A stretch of DNA of 64,000 nucleotides from a bacterium (lineage in GTDB: Bacteria > Hinthialibacterota > Hinthialibacteria > Hinthialibacterales > Hinthialibacteraceae), in contig CAXXSM010000021.1 of assembly GCA_963663405.2 (NCBI GenBank), forward strand, positions 64,001 to 128,000. Direction: 5' to 3'. Every line of letters begins with the position of its first letter. Positions within the stretch are counted from its first letter, which is position 1. Of the stretch, positions 17,849 to 28,201 are shown one piece after another. The notes below the pieces were generated by a model. It did not search any database. It saw only the letters and a list, made by a program, of their open reading frames with translations, and was not told the DNA's origin. The translations under genes and the position numbers were made by a program.

Positions 17849-20446
17849 ATGAGTCTCGACCAGTCTCATTTTCGTTATTTCCCATTCTATAGAACCCACT
17901 CATCAGGCAATAAACAAAATACTTCCTGGACATCCCCTCATGTCCTCATTGGAATACTCATCATCCTTGTTGGATTACTGGCGCCACAAATCAGTCATGC
18001 GGAGAAGACGCTTCTTGGGATCGGCCCGGTTAAATCCGTCGCGTTCTCTCCCGATGGGCGATATGTGGCCACCGCTGGGGATATTGGTGTGATCGTGTGG
18101 GATATCAGCAGCGGCGCCGCGATCCTGATTCATTGGTACAAGGACCACACGGGCGCCGTTCGATCCGTCGCGTTTTCTCCTGACAGTACGAAATTGGTCA
18201 CTGGCAGTGTGGATACGACGGCGATTATCTGGGATCTCGAAGGGGGAGTGGATACCGTTTTTGAGGGACATTCCGCCTGGGTATTATCAGCTGTCTTTTC
18301 CCCCGATGGCGCAACGATCCTAACTGCGGGACTTGATAACGCCGCCCGTGTCTATGATCCAGAGGCGGATGAACAGACGCTGGTCATTCGTGACCGGTTT
18401 ACCGACTTTCTCACGGCGGTTTTTTCTCCCAATGCGAGTAGCATTTTAACCGGTGGACGGAACGGCCGGGTTGTTTTATGGGATCCGGCCAATGGATTGG
18501 AACTCCTCGCGTTTGAAGGTCATACAGGGGATGTCCCATCAGCCGCCTTCTCCCCCAATGGCAGATGGATCATTACGGGCAGCATGGATGGCACGGCGAA
18601 AATCTGGCAGGTTTCGGATGGCTCCGAGCTGTTTTCTCTCACCGAACACAATGGTGGAGTGCCCGCCGTCGCGTTCTCTCCCGATAACGCTTATGTGTTG
18701 ACAGGCGGGGAAGATGGAACCGCCATTCTCTGGGACGTGGAAACGGGGGAATCGATCCGAGTTTTTGAAGGTCATTCTCAACCCATTCGATCTGTCGCAT
18801 TTTCCCCGGATGGTTTGAAAGTACTAACTGGAAGTGATGATGAAACCGCCCGGCTTTGGGATATCTCCGATCTTTATCCAGCCCCGGAAGCCGAAGTGTC
18901 CATCGGTGGAGGCGCCTATGGCGCCCAATCCGGCGCGTATGTTCCCATCGATATTCGAATCGATAATTTGCAAAGCACGCGGACGATCAGTTTTGAATTG
19001 GGCTTCGATTCCGAATTGTTAGAATATGCCGGTGAGGTTTCTATCGTAGAAACCATGTTGACATCCTGGGCGCTGGCGGACGCGTACGAAATCGCGCCGG
19101 GTACGGTCCGCGTATCGGCGGCGGCGCTTGGAGGAGCGGCGGTCAACGGAAGTGGCACATTAATGACGATTCTCTTTAAGGTCAAAGATGAGATCGCAGG
19201 CGGCCGGTACACTTCGATTACCTTCAACCGATTGTTTGACAATTTGACCACAGTCACGCCGTTGGATATCGCTGTGCCAATCGGCTTGAAGGGAGATGTG
19301 GATGGGAGCGGTTATGTGACGGCCGCGGATGTACAGATGACATTCGAGATTTCTCTCGGCCGGTTTCTTCCATCCGTCTATCAACAATGGGCGGGGGAAT
19401 TTACGAGTGATGGAGTGATCACCGCTCTTGATGTGCAGCGGGTTTTCCAAGCCTCACTTGGACGCGACACGGAGTACAGCGCGAAACGGATCGTATCCGG
19501 CCGCAGTGTGCTAACGCCGGTGCTCAAGATCGATGATGTGACGGCTCTGCCCGGTGAAGAGATCTCCATTCCTGTGACCATTGAACCAAATTCCCGTGTT
19601 GCGGCGTTTTTGATCGATTTGCAATACGACATCTCTCGTCTTGTTTTCAATGGGATCGATAAAGAAGGCATGTTAACCGAAGAATTTGGATTCACGGAAG
19701 CGTATGAAAAATCGCCTGGCTCGATCCGGATTTCCGCCGCCGCTCTCGACGCCGCGCCGATTCGAAATGTTGGTACGCTGTTCAATCTAAAATTTACGGT
19801 GAATGAAGCCGCTTTCGGCGCCGCGTCCGTATGGATTCAGGCCCTTGCCGATGACTTGGCGGAAGCGTCGGCGATTGATGGTTTGGTCACAATCAAGGCC
19901 GGGGAAGATCTAGAACCAGACACTCCAGGAGATTCGTTCGATCCGTATATCATCTACCCATTTGATTCGGAAAGCGAGTACATCGAAATCCCCGGAGGCT
20001 GGACCCAAGCGCCGGCCGGTTCGGTCACACTCGGTGAGATCCCCTGGCAGATGTCTGATTACACCGACGGCTTCGGAGCCATCATTACAACCGGGCCGGG
20101 CGAGGTGGAAATATTGCAATTCCCAGAAATCGATGCGGGGGATTCGATGGTTCTTATACAAATATCCATTTATTCAGACAGGGAAACCAGTGTCACTTTA
20201 GCGGCGATAGACGGCGCGATGGACGGCTCCCACATCGCCAACACTCCCGCCTACACCGCCCTCAATCCAAACCAGTACACCCGCCTGTCGATTACATACG
20301 ATCCCCCCGGAACGACGGTCATCCCCATCCTCCAAACCGCCAATCCAACGGGTATCGATACCGCCAAAACCTACATTGACAACCTGAAAATCTATCTCCT
20401 CCCCAAAACCGCGTTAATTCCTGTGTCCCTTTTGTATGGTGAATAA
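17849..20446 (+). CDS. Secreted WD40 + cohesin + dockerin + cohesin multidomain protein
   Basis: Canonical GH..V.SVAFSPDG...WD repeats; duplicated dockerin loops GDVDGSGYVTAAD / EFTSDGVITALD; two cohesin-like domains (V.I.ID...L.FD..L...GTL..L.F.V). Confidence 0.85.
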   Translation: MSLDQSHFRYFPFYRTHSSGNKQNTSWTSPHVLIGILIILVGLLAPQISHAEKTLLGIGPVKSVAFSPDGRYVATAGDIGVIVWDISSGAAILIHWYKDHTGAVRSVAFSPDSTKLVTGSVDTTAIIWDLEGGVDTVFEGHSAWVLSAVFSPDGATILTAGLDNAARVYDPEADEQTLVIRDRFTDFLTAVFSPNASSILTGGRNGRVVLWDPANGLELLAFEGHTGDVPSAAFSPNGRWIITGSMDGTAKIWQVSDGSELFSLTEHNGGVPAVAFSPDNAYVLTGGEDGTAILWDVETGESIRVFEGHSQPIRSVAFSPDGLKVLTGSDDETARLWDISDLYPAPEAEVSIGGGAYGAQSGAYVPIDIRIDNLQSTRTISFELGFDSELLEYAGEVSIVETMLTSWALADAYEIAPGTVRVSAAALGGAAVNGSGTLMTILFKVKDEIAGGRYTSITFNRLFDNLTTVTPLDIAVPIGLKGDVDGSGYVTAADVQMTFEISLGRFLPSVYQQWAGEFTSDGVITALDVQRVFQASLGRDTEYSAKRIVSGRSVLTPVLKIDDVTALPGEEISIPVTIEPNSRVAAFLIDLQYDISRLVFNGIDKEGMLTEEFGFTEAYEKSPGSIRISAAALDAAPIRNVGTLFNLKFTVNEAAFGAASVWIQALADDLAEASAIDGLVTIKAGEDLEPDTPGDSFDPYIIYPFDSESEYIEIPGGWTQAPAGSVTLGEIPWQMSDYTDGFGAIITTGPGEVEILQFPEIDAGDSMVLIQISIYSDRETSVTLAAIDGAMDGSHIANTPAYTALNPNQYTRLSITYDPPGTTVIPILQTANPTGIDTAKTYIDNLKIYLLPKTALIPVSLLYGE

Positions 20447-20525
20447 ACAAGGATGGAACGCCTTTCTTTATTCCCCCTATTCTTCATTCAGAGATAACCT
20501 TAAAATGCTGTAATATTTACACAAA

Positions 20526-21677
20526 TTAACTATAAAATCTACACTCCTTCGCCGCCTCCCATAGCGCGACGATATTCTCCGCTGGGACATCCGCTTGGGT
20601 ATTGTGCACTGTGTTAAATACATATCCCCCGCCCGGTTTAAATGCGCTCATCAGTTCGTTCACCTGCCCGCGCACTTCTTCTGGCGAGCCATGTGAATAG
20701 ACGCCCTGCGAGTCGATTCCACCGCCCCAAAATGTCAGCTGGTCTCCGTAGTTCTCTTTCAAAAATGTGGGAGTCATTCCATTGGCGCTGATTTGGATTG
20801 GATTGAGTATATCTATTCCATTATTAATTATGTCAGGCAAATATTCAACAACAGAACCGCAGGAATGATACCAAAGTTTCGCTTTGGTTTTCGAACGGAT
20901 AAAATCATAGAGCGCTTTCTGACGCGGCTGTACGAGACGATGGTATATCCCCGGTGAAAAGAGAGGTCCCGCTTGCATCGCGATGTCATCGCCCACACAG
21001 ACAACATGTAAGTATTCTCCCACCTCATCCAGAAACACATCATGAAAATCCAACCAGAACTGCAGCGTATGATCCAGCAATTTCTCCACATAGCGCGGCT
21101 CTTCCACCATGTCCATATACAAGTTTTCAAATCCGCGCATGTACCAGCAAATCTCAAACACCACCCCGGTAATCCACACTCACCAACGCATATCCTGTCT
21201 CGTCTGTAAGCCGTTTGGCATATTCTTTCAAACCTTGAAACGATGAAGGATCGCGTCCATCAGGCCAGTCATAATGGTCGATATCATCGTATTTCAAATC
21301 CGCAAGTGGATGTTCGATAATATCCAAATACAGCCCTTCCCCCGGCCGCTTGCCCGGCATCGCCCAGACTACGCCAAATCCATCGCGAATTCCCCAATAC
21401 CCAGGCTTCACTTCGCGCAACTCCGGCGCTGGAGAAAACATGCCAGGCCGGACATATCGCGTATCAATATCGAATATCTCCAACACCGCCTCACTTGGAG
21501 CAGCCAACTGCTGCACCACATCCATAATCTGAATCTCTTCATCAAGCCCATAGTAATCCAAAACGTTCTGATACGCCGGCCCGGTGAATCCCCGTCTGAT
21601 TCCCCCCCAAGTCCAAAGGCACCCGGTCCGGCTCGCAGTGATCCAGCGCAGTCAAAAGACGCTCTCTCTGAATTCAT
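20526..21677 (-). pseudogene. Uroporphyrinogen decarboxylase/MtaA-CmuA family protein, frameshifted
   Basis: Joined frames give MNS(R)ERLLTALDHCEPDRVPLDLGG...GDDIA...YHSCGS...LNPIQ...TFWGGGID...HNTQ; about three single-base insertions near 21669, 21581 and 21178. Confidence 0.85.
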
Positions 21678-21875
21678 CAACAATTCTCCATCTATAAAAA
21701 ATCTCAATCATCCACATATTAGCGTAAAGGACATAAGATTGTAATATGATTTAAAACGAAACCCAGCCTACCCACATTCAAATCAACGAGTATGATCGAT
21801 ATCGAAACCTGCAGGCCGAAGGCCAAAGGAAAAAACCTTCCACCTTCAGTCTTCATCCTATTTACCTAATTTTGG

Positions 21876-21912
21876 TGGGTGGCCAGGGCAAGGGTTTTTC
21901 ATCTGCCTTGGC
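21876..21912 (+). repeat. REP-like palindrome, GGGT..CCAGGGCAAG...TCTGCC(C/T)TGGC family
   Basis: tgggtggccagggcaagggtttttcatctgccttggc; related copies at 40320 and 51744 on the opposite strand. Confidence 0.65.
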
Positions 21913-22235
21913 GCTACGTTCCGGAAAATTATGGCAATGGGAGAACAAAGCCTTCTCATTGGCGCCCAGACGATCAATATCACAACCTGCAGATAGTTGG
22001 GGCGTCCAACAATAAAAAAATATACAAACAGATTAAAGTAAAAACACACCGCGCCGCCCCCCCAGCGGCGCGAAAATTTCAAAAGAAATATCCTTGTTCA
22101 ATCGGTGAGAAAATACAGTTATTTTTTCCTCAGGCTTATCTTCTTCTTTCTCTTCCGGGGTATCTTTTTTCGTCCCGGAGTATTCCCGATCCACTTCTAA
22201 ATCCATCCTTTCCAATTCGGAGGATGAATCTTTTC

Positions 22236-23142
22236 TCACGAATTCAGGGGGGCTGTTTGGGAATAGGTTCCATTAACCGTGACATTGAATTTCATCGAGG
22301 AAGAAGATGGAAAATCAGATCCACTCACACTCGTCTGCATATCGATATCGATCTCCATATCCGATTCTTCATGAAGGGAAAGAAATATGCCCTTTATCGA
22401 TCGCAAACCGAATATCCCCTTTTCCAGCCGTCGCATATTTCTTGAAGACAAAATCAAGAGAAACGGCGCCTAGTTTTTGACTGGTTGTATTCGGCTCAAA
22501 CGAGATATCGCTCTCATCGAGATACGTTTCTGTTTCGATCACCGCGATCTTCTCTCCCTCTTCTTCGATCACATCTTTTAACGTATAGGTCGAACTGAGA
22601 ATCAATTCTTTCGATGCGCCCGTCATCGGAATTACCCGGTCCGCGTTCCATCTCGCCCCAATCTCGACCGGCTCTTCGGGAAACGTCAGCCAGGGATTTT
22701 GCTCTGCGGGAGAACGTCCCACATTGGCCATATTGGATTTCGCGCCGGGCAGCGTCGGTTCTTTCAACACCTTCCCGCTGCTGTTAATTGTAAGCAGCAA
22801 GCGCGTCGAATTACGGATACCGAGGAGGCTCCGTAGATTCTGCTCTTCCCCTTGGTTGATCATGGTCATCTTCGGAATTCCGATCTGGATCGTCGCGGCG
22901 CCGTCATTATCAATCTCCACCGTTTTAAACGACATCACAATATCCATGCTCACATCAATGGGGATATCCATCGAACCGGTTTTGGTCACTCCCATATTAT
23001 GGTTCCGCATGGTTAGATAATAGGTGTCATCCAACACGAAAATATTCTTTAAAAGATACGATTCAGCCGAATTCGCAACCGGAATAACGGCCAGTAACGT
23101 CAATAAACCAAATCCAAGCGTACAAAAAGAAAAACGTTTCAT
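22236..23142 (-). CDS. Secreted beta-rich hypothetical protein (DUF6263-like), frameshifted near 22392
   Basis: Signal peptide, FPEEPVEIGARW motif; continues as KGIFLSLHEESD in ORF 22236..22457 and may extend to ~22119 through further indels. Confidence 0.6.
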
Positions 23143-23268
23143 GAAAAACTCCTTTCGCGGCGCCGCGCGGTGAATGAACTCTCAATATAACGTCTATACA
23201 GATTAAAGAGTATCATAATTATCCCCCATCCAGCCACAACATCTAAATCTGACGGTATAAAACTCCAG

Positions 23269-24552
23269 TTATTTCTCCCAAGGAATAAATTCCTCTTTGC
23301 CCCCAAGGTATGGACGAAGAACTTCGGGAATCACGATCGATCCATCCTCCCGCTGATTATTTTCCAAAATGGAGATCATCAAACGCGGTGTCGCCAATCC
23401 CGATCCGTTGAGCGTATGCACGTAACGCGGTTTCCCCCCACCGTCTTTCGGACGGTACCGGATATTCCCCCGCCGCGCCTGGTAGTCTTCGCAATTGCTG
23501 CACGAAGAGACTTCGTAATACGAGTCCTGTCCCGGCAGCCAGACTTCGATATCGAAGGTTTTCGCCGACTGATTCCCGATATCCCCCGTCACCAGCAACG
23601 TCGTCTGGTAATGTAGACCCAATTCCTCTAACACATGTTCGGCGTCTTTGACGAGTTTATCCAATTCGTCGTACGAGGTTTCCGGCGTGGTGTATTTATA
23701 CATCTCCACCTTATTAAATTGATGGATTCGCACCAGCCCACGTTCTTCCGCCCCATATGTCCCCGCCTCTCGCCGGAAACAGGGCGTGAGCGAGGTGTAA
23801 TAGAGGGGCAGATCGTCCTCATCGATGATCTCGTTGCGGTAGAGGCTCGTCAACGGCACTTCGCTGGTGGGCAGGAGATAGAATGGATCGTCTTTGCATT
23901 TATACAACTGGTCTTCAAACTTGGGCAGGTTGCCTGACGCGAAGGTTGTCTCCCGATTCAACAATAACGGTGGAATCACGCTGACGAACCCCCGCGCGCG
24001 GTGATGTTCACGCATGAACGTCAACAGCGCCCATTCCAGTTCCGCCCCCCAGCCGATATAGAGCGGGAACTGCGCCCCGGCGATTTTCGCCGCGCGTTCC
24101 AGATCGAACAGCCCGTTCATCTTGCCCAATTCCAGGTGGTTTCTCGGTTCGAAGTCAAATTCCCGCTTCGTTCCGTGGGTTCGCACGACCTGATTGTTCC
24201 GCTTGTCCATATCGGTCGGGACCGATTCGTGAGGGATGTTGGGCAGTTCAGAGACTTTAAAGTTGAGCGTATCGACGACCGTCTTGAGTTGCGATGTTTT
24301 CTCTTTAGCCTCTTTGGAGAGGGATTGCATCTCCTTCATCAGATCCCCGGCGTCTTCTTTCGCTTTGCGTCGTTTCGCGATTTCCTGGTTGACCGTATTT
24401 TGCCGCGCTTTCATCGCGTCGGTCTCGGTCTGCAAGGCGCGCCGCTGGGTATCCAGTTCGACGATTTCATTCAACGAAATCCCCGGTTCCCGGCGCCGGA
24501 GTTGTTCCTCCACCCAATCTTTCTTCTCACGAATGAGTTTAATATCCAGCAC
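23269..24552 (-). CDS. serS: Serine--tRNA ligase
   Basis: GGAGG RBS then GTG 24552 (MLDIKLIRE); LLPTSEVPL, CFRREAG, RIHQFNKVE, EVSSCSNC, HTLNGSGLA. Confidence 0.97.
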   Translation of the reverse strand: MLDIKLIREKKDWVEEQLRRREPGISLNEIVELDTQRRALQTETDAMKARQNTVNQEIAKRRKAKEDAGDLMKEMQSLSKEAKEKTSQLKTVVDTLNFKVSELPNIPHESVPTDMDKRNNQVVRTHGTKREFDFEPRNHLELGKMNGLFDLERAAKIAGAQFPLYIGWGAELEWALLTFMREHHRARGFVSVIPPLLLNRETTFASGNLPKFEDQLYKCKDDPFYLLPTSEVPLTSLYRNEIIDEDDLPLYYTSLTPCFRREAGTYGAEERGLVRIHQFNKVEMYKYTTPETSYDELDKLVKDAEHVLEELGLHYQTTLLVTGDIGNQSAKTFDIEVWLPGQDSYYEVSSCSNCEDYQARRGNIRYRPKDGGGKPRYVHTLNGSGLATPRLMISILENNQREDGSIVIPEVLRPYLGGKEEFIPWEK

Positions 24553-24737
24553 GTAGACGATCCTCCTTCTATCGAATAACCAAAAATGTTCTATCGAGAT
24601 CAAAAAAAACGCAAAGCGCCCTTTAACCAAGCGCAGACGCCAAGCCTTTAGTATAGTATAGAAACAACCAGACAAAAATGGAGAGCGGGAACGATCCCAA
24701 TCAAATAGACTTTGGAGAAACCACGCCAAATAAAAAA

Positions 24738-24775
24738 CCCAGCGCGGAATGGCTGGGGGGCGATTCCGCGCTGGG
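24738..24775 (-). terminator. 38-nt GC hairpin copy 1, with U-tract on the minus strand
   Basis: cccagcgcggaat-N12-attccgcgctggg; followed by TTTTTT on the minus strand. Confidence 0.8.
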
Positions 24776-24807
24776 AGTTGTGGCTCCTTTCTCTTTTTAG
24801 TGAATTG

Positions 24808-25845
24808 TTATTCGTATAAGGACGCGTCCTTTGTGGAGGCTTGGATGTCGCTGATGTCCCAGAGGTGGACATTGTCACCATGTAAGATCATCAGATATTT
24901 TCCATTCTTTGAGAAAGAGTGTTGATGTGAACCTCCTGGAGGAAACGTTCTTACAATTGTCCATGAATCAAATTGAACAAGAGCCATTTCAAAATTTATT
25001 ACTAAAAGCAAGTACTTACCGTTTGGTGAAAATGTTCCACCAATACAAATATTGTCATCGTTTACATTAAAAACGCGCTTTCGTTCTTTATCATCCGCGT
25101 TCCAGACTTCAAACACAGTCACGCGTGTTGATGAATCTGGCCAATCTACACGCATACTAATTATATTCTTTTCATCTGGTGCAACGATCACACCTCTTTC
25201 AAAGAAAGACAATAACTCTCCGCTAAAAGCATCATATATGTAACCATTTTGATTGGAATTTACATATATTCTTCGATTGTCTTGCAAAAAAACAGCGGAA
25301 TTTAAAAGGAAATCATCTGATATTATATTGGCAATTGTATTCGTTTTGATATCCAATATAAAAATTGAATTTTCCTTATTGTCATGCAATATCATTCCGA
25401 TAAGAAGAGAGTTACCATTAGGAGAGAAACTGATGGTAGAAGATTCTGAATTAAAATCAATATTTGTCGCTTCTAATTTGAATGTATTGACAATCGAACC
25501 GTCTTTAACATCCCAGACTGTGACAACCGCCCTATTATCACAAGCGGCGACAAGGCGGCTATCTTCAGAAAATCGGATTCCAACAATAACCATGAGTGGA
25601 TCATTGTCGGTGGGTAAAGACCGTACAATTTCACCTGTCGAAGTGTCATACAAATTGACGTTCCCTTTGGAGGATAATACTATTAACGAACCATCGGGCG
25701 CCAAATCAGCGCGGCAAAACTTTGTATCAGCTTGGATATTTAACAAAGGTTCTTCCTGCGCCTGCGCTAAACTTACAAATATGCATATGCCAATACTAAG
25801 TATGATAGTTTTTTGAATTTTGTGATAATGTCTTTTCGTTTTCAT
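24808..25845 (-). CDS. Secreted WD40 beta-propeller protein
   Basis: Signal peptide (AQA/QEE), FSPNG/FSEDS blades, ends LWDISDIQASTKDASLYE; close paralog of 27136..28167. Confidence 0.85.
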   Translation of the reverse strand: MKTKRHYHKIQKTIILSIGICIFVSLAQAQEEPLLNIQADTKFCRADLAPDGSLIVLSSKGNVNLYDTSTGEIVRSLPTDNDPLMVIVGIRFSEDSRLVAACDNRAVVTVWDVKDGSIVNTFKLEATNIDFNSESSTISFSPNGNSLLIGMILHDNKENSIFILDIKTNTIANIISDDFLLNSAVFLQDNRRIYVNSNQNGYIYDAFSGELLSFFERGVIVAPDEKNIISMRVDWPDSSTRVTVFEVWNADDKERKRVFNVNDDNICIGGTFSPNGKYLLLVINFEMALVQFDSWTIVRTFPPGGSHQHSFSKNGKYLMILHGDNVHLWDISDIQASTKDASLYE

Positions 25846-25900
25846 GATAGACCGTTTGAGTATGTTAATCTGTAGTTCAAATATATTCGTTGTTTTGAGA

Positions 25901-25938
25901 CCCAGCGCGGAATGGCTGGGGGGCGATTCCGCGCTGGG
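25901..25938. repeat. 38-nt GC hairpin copy 2
   Basis: Identical to 24738-24775; no U-tract. Confidence 0.85.
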
Positions 25939-25950
25939 GGGAGGTGGTTC

Positions 25951-27030
25951 TTACTGATACACTTGAGAATCGGGGACTGAGGTGACTAGATCGCTGATAT
26001 CCCAGATGTGGATCGTGTTCCCGTTGACGGTCAGGAAGCGTTTTCCATCGGGGAAGAACTTGACGATGTAATCCGCAGTGGTTGGCGAATTTTTCTCACT
26101 CGCGCGTTCGATTGAGTACGAGCGCAGAGAATCCCCTGTGTCCGCATTGTAGATTACACGCTCGGACATTGTGTTCTTTTCTTCGTTTATAACACCAGGG
26201 ATAAGCACTGTTTTACCATCAGGGGATAACGCCACCGTCTCTGTTTTACCTGCTGTATGCGGTAAGGTATGTATGATTTCCCCGGTTTCAAAATCCCATA
26301 AGCGAACATTCCATCCACCAACAGTAATTATCTTCTTCCAATCGCTTGAAGGTGATGATGCATCACCAAAAAAAACTATACCTGTCAATTCATCATCTTC
26401 TAAATCTAATATTGATGTACCACCACCTTCAACAATCAACACTTCTCTTCCATTTGGTAAAAACGTCAGAGAAGTTATCCAACTACGTTCCTTATATCTT
26501 CGTATTTCTTCTCCCGTCTTGACATCCCACATTTGCAGATAGCCGTTGACATCGCCTGTTAGCACTCTCTGACTATCAGGGGAAAAGGCAATACCGAGTA
26601 TCCCGGCTACAAGTGTTTTTCCCCGGCTGGGATCGCTGACCGTCCCACTTTCCAGGGTATGAATTAACGCCCCTGTCTCTACATCCCATAATTTCGCCTC
26701 AAACGCATCCGAGCCAGTCATGACATATTTTCCATCCGGAGAGAAGGCAGAACTGTAGATTAAACCTCGTTTTCCTTCTAGAAAAACAAGTTCTCTTCCC
26801 GTTTTCGCATCAAAGATGTGAGCATTAGAAAAATCAGCCCCTAAAATTTTCTCTCCATCGGGAGAGATGGATACTGTGCTAAGCGTGTACGGGTTTTCAG
26901 CTTCGAGATTTACAATAGGAATTGATAGAATCGGCTGTTCTTGTCCCGATACAGGCAAAGACAAGAAAATCATTGCGAAAAGTGGAATTGCACAATACGT
27001 TTGGTTGAGATTAGACATTTTCTTATTCAC
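25951..27030 (-). CDS. Secreted WD40 beta-propeller protein
   Basis: SAFSPDGKYVMTGS...KLWDVETG repeats; ends IWDISDLVTSVPDSQVYQ. Confidence 0.87.
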   Translation of the reverse strand: MNKKMSNLNQTYCAIPLFAMIFLSLPVSGQEQPILSIPIVNLEAENPYTLSTVSISPDGEKILGADFSNAHIFDAKTGRELVFLEGKRGLIYSSAFSPDGKYVMTGSDAFEAKLWDVETGALIHTLESGTVSDPSRGKTLVAGILGIAFSPDSQRVLTGDVNGYLQMWDVKTGEEIRRYKERSWITSLTFLPNGREVLIVEGGGTSILDLEDDELTGIVFFGDASSPSSDWKKIITVGGWNVRLWDFETGEIIHTLPHTAGKTETVALSPDGKTVLIPGVINEEKNTMSERVIYNADTGDSLRSYSIERASEKNSPTTADYIVKFFPDGKRFLTVNGNTIHIWDISDLVTSVPDSQVYQ

Positions 27031-27066
27031 TTTGTTTTCATGATTGATCTTTTTCTTATTTCAAGT

Positions 27067-27104
27067 CCCAGCGCGGAACGGCTGGGGGGCGATTCCGCGC
27101 TGGG
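27067..27104. repeat. 38-nt GC hairpin copy 3
   Basis: One substitution relative to copies 1 and 2; no U-tract. Confidence 0.85.
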
Positions 27105-27135
27105 GGGGTGGTTCCTTTCTCTTTTTAGTGAATTG

Positions 27136-28167
27136 TTATTCGTATAAGGACGCATCCTTTGTTGAGGCTTCAATATCGCTGATATCCCACAGTTTAACGT
27201 TATCACCTAGAAAGATCATCAGATATTTTCCATCCTTTGAGAAAGAGTGTTGATGTGAACCACCTGGAGGAAACGTTCTTACAATTGTCCATGAATCAAA
27301 TTGAACAAGAGCCATTTCAAAATTTATTACCAAAAGCAAGTACTTACCGTTTGGTGAAAATGTTCCACCAAGAAAAATATTATCATAGTTTACATCAAAA
27401 ACGCGCGTTCGTTCTTTATCATCCACGTTCCAGACTTCAAACTCAGTCAAACCTGTCTCTGCATCTAGCCAACGCATACTAATAACAGTTTTTTCATCTG
27501 GCGTAATGATCACACCTCTTTCAAAGAAAGACAATAACTCTCCGCTAAAAGCATCATATATGTAACCATTTTGCCTTGAATTAACATAAATTCTTCGATT
27601 GTCTTGCAAAAAAACAGCGGAATTTAAAAGGAAATTATCTGATAATTTATTGGCGATTGTATCCGTTTTGATATCCAATATAAAAATAGAATTTTCCTTA
27701 TTATCATGCAATACAATTCCGACAAGAAGAGAGTTACCATTTGGAGAGAAACTGATGGAAGCATATTCTGAATTAACATCAATATTTGGCGCTTCTAATT
27801 TGAATGTATTGACAATCGAACCGTCTTTAACATCCCATACTGTGACAACCGCCCTATTATCACAAGCGGCGACAAGGCGGCTATCTTCGGAAAATCGGAT
27901 TCCAACAATGTCCATGAGTGGATCATTATCGATGGGTAAAGACCGTACAATTTCACCCGTCGAAGTGTCATACAAATTAATGTTCCCTTTGGAGGACAAT
28001 ACAATTAACGAACCATCAGGCGCCAAATCAGCGCGGCAGAACTTTGAGTCAGCTTGGATATTTAACAAAGGTTCTTCCTGCGCCTGCGCGAAACATCCGC
28101 ATATACAACAGACGATACTGAGTATGATAGTTTTTTGGATTTTGTGATTAAATCTTTTTGTTTTCAT
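27136..28167 (-). CDS. Secreted WD40 beta-propeller protein
   Basis: GGAG RBS; long identical stretches with 24808..25845; ends LWDISDIEASTKDASLYE. Confidence 0.85.
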   Translation of the reverse strand: MKTKRFNHKIQKTIILSIVCCICGCFAQAQEEPLLNIQADSKFCRADLAPDGSLIVLSSKGNINLYDTSTGEIVRSLPIDNDPLMDIVGIRFSEDSRLVAACDNRAVVTVWDVKDGSIVNTFKLEAPNIDVNSEYASISFSPNGNSLLVGIVLHDNKENSIFILDIKTDTIANKLSDNFLLNSAVFLQDNRRIYVNSRQNGYIYDAFSGELLSFFERGVIITPDEKTVISMRWLDAETGLTEFEVWNVDDKERTRVFDVNYDNIFLGGTFSPNGKYLLLVINFEMALVQFDSWTIVRTFPPGGSHQHSFSKDGKYLMIFLGDNVKLWDISDIEASTKDASLYE

Positions 28168-28201
28168 GATTGGTGTCTCCTTTAACTAATGTTTCTAATT
28201 G

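Noticed and set aside
24738-27104. 38-nt hairpins as CRISPR repeats or attC sites
   Set aside because: They are separated by whole ~1.1-kb genes and lack RYYYAAC/GTTRRRY boxes.
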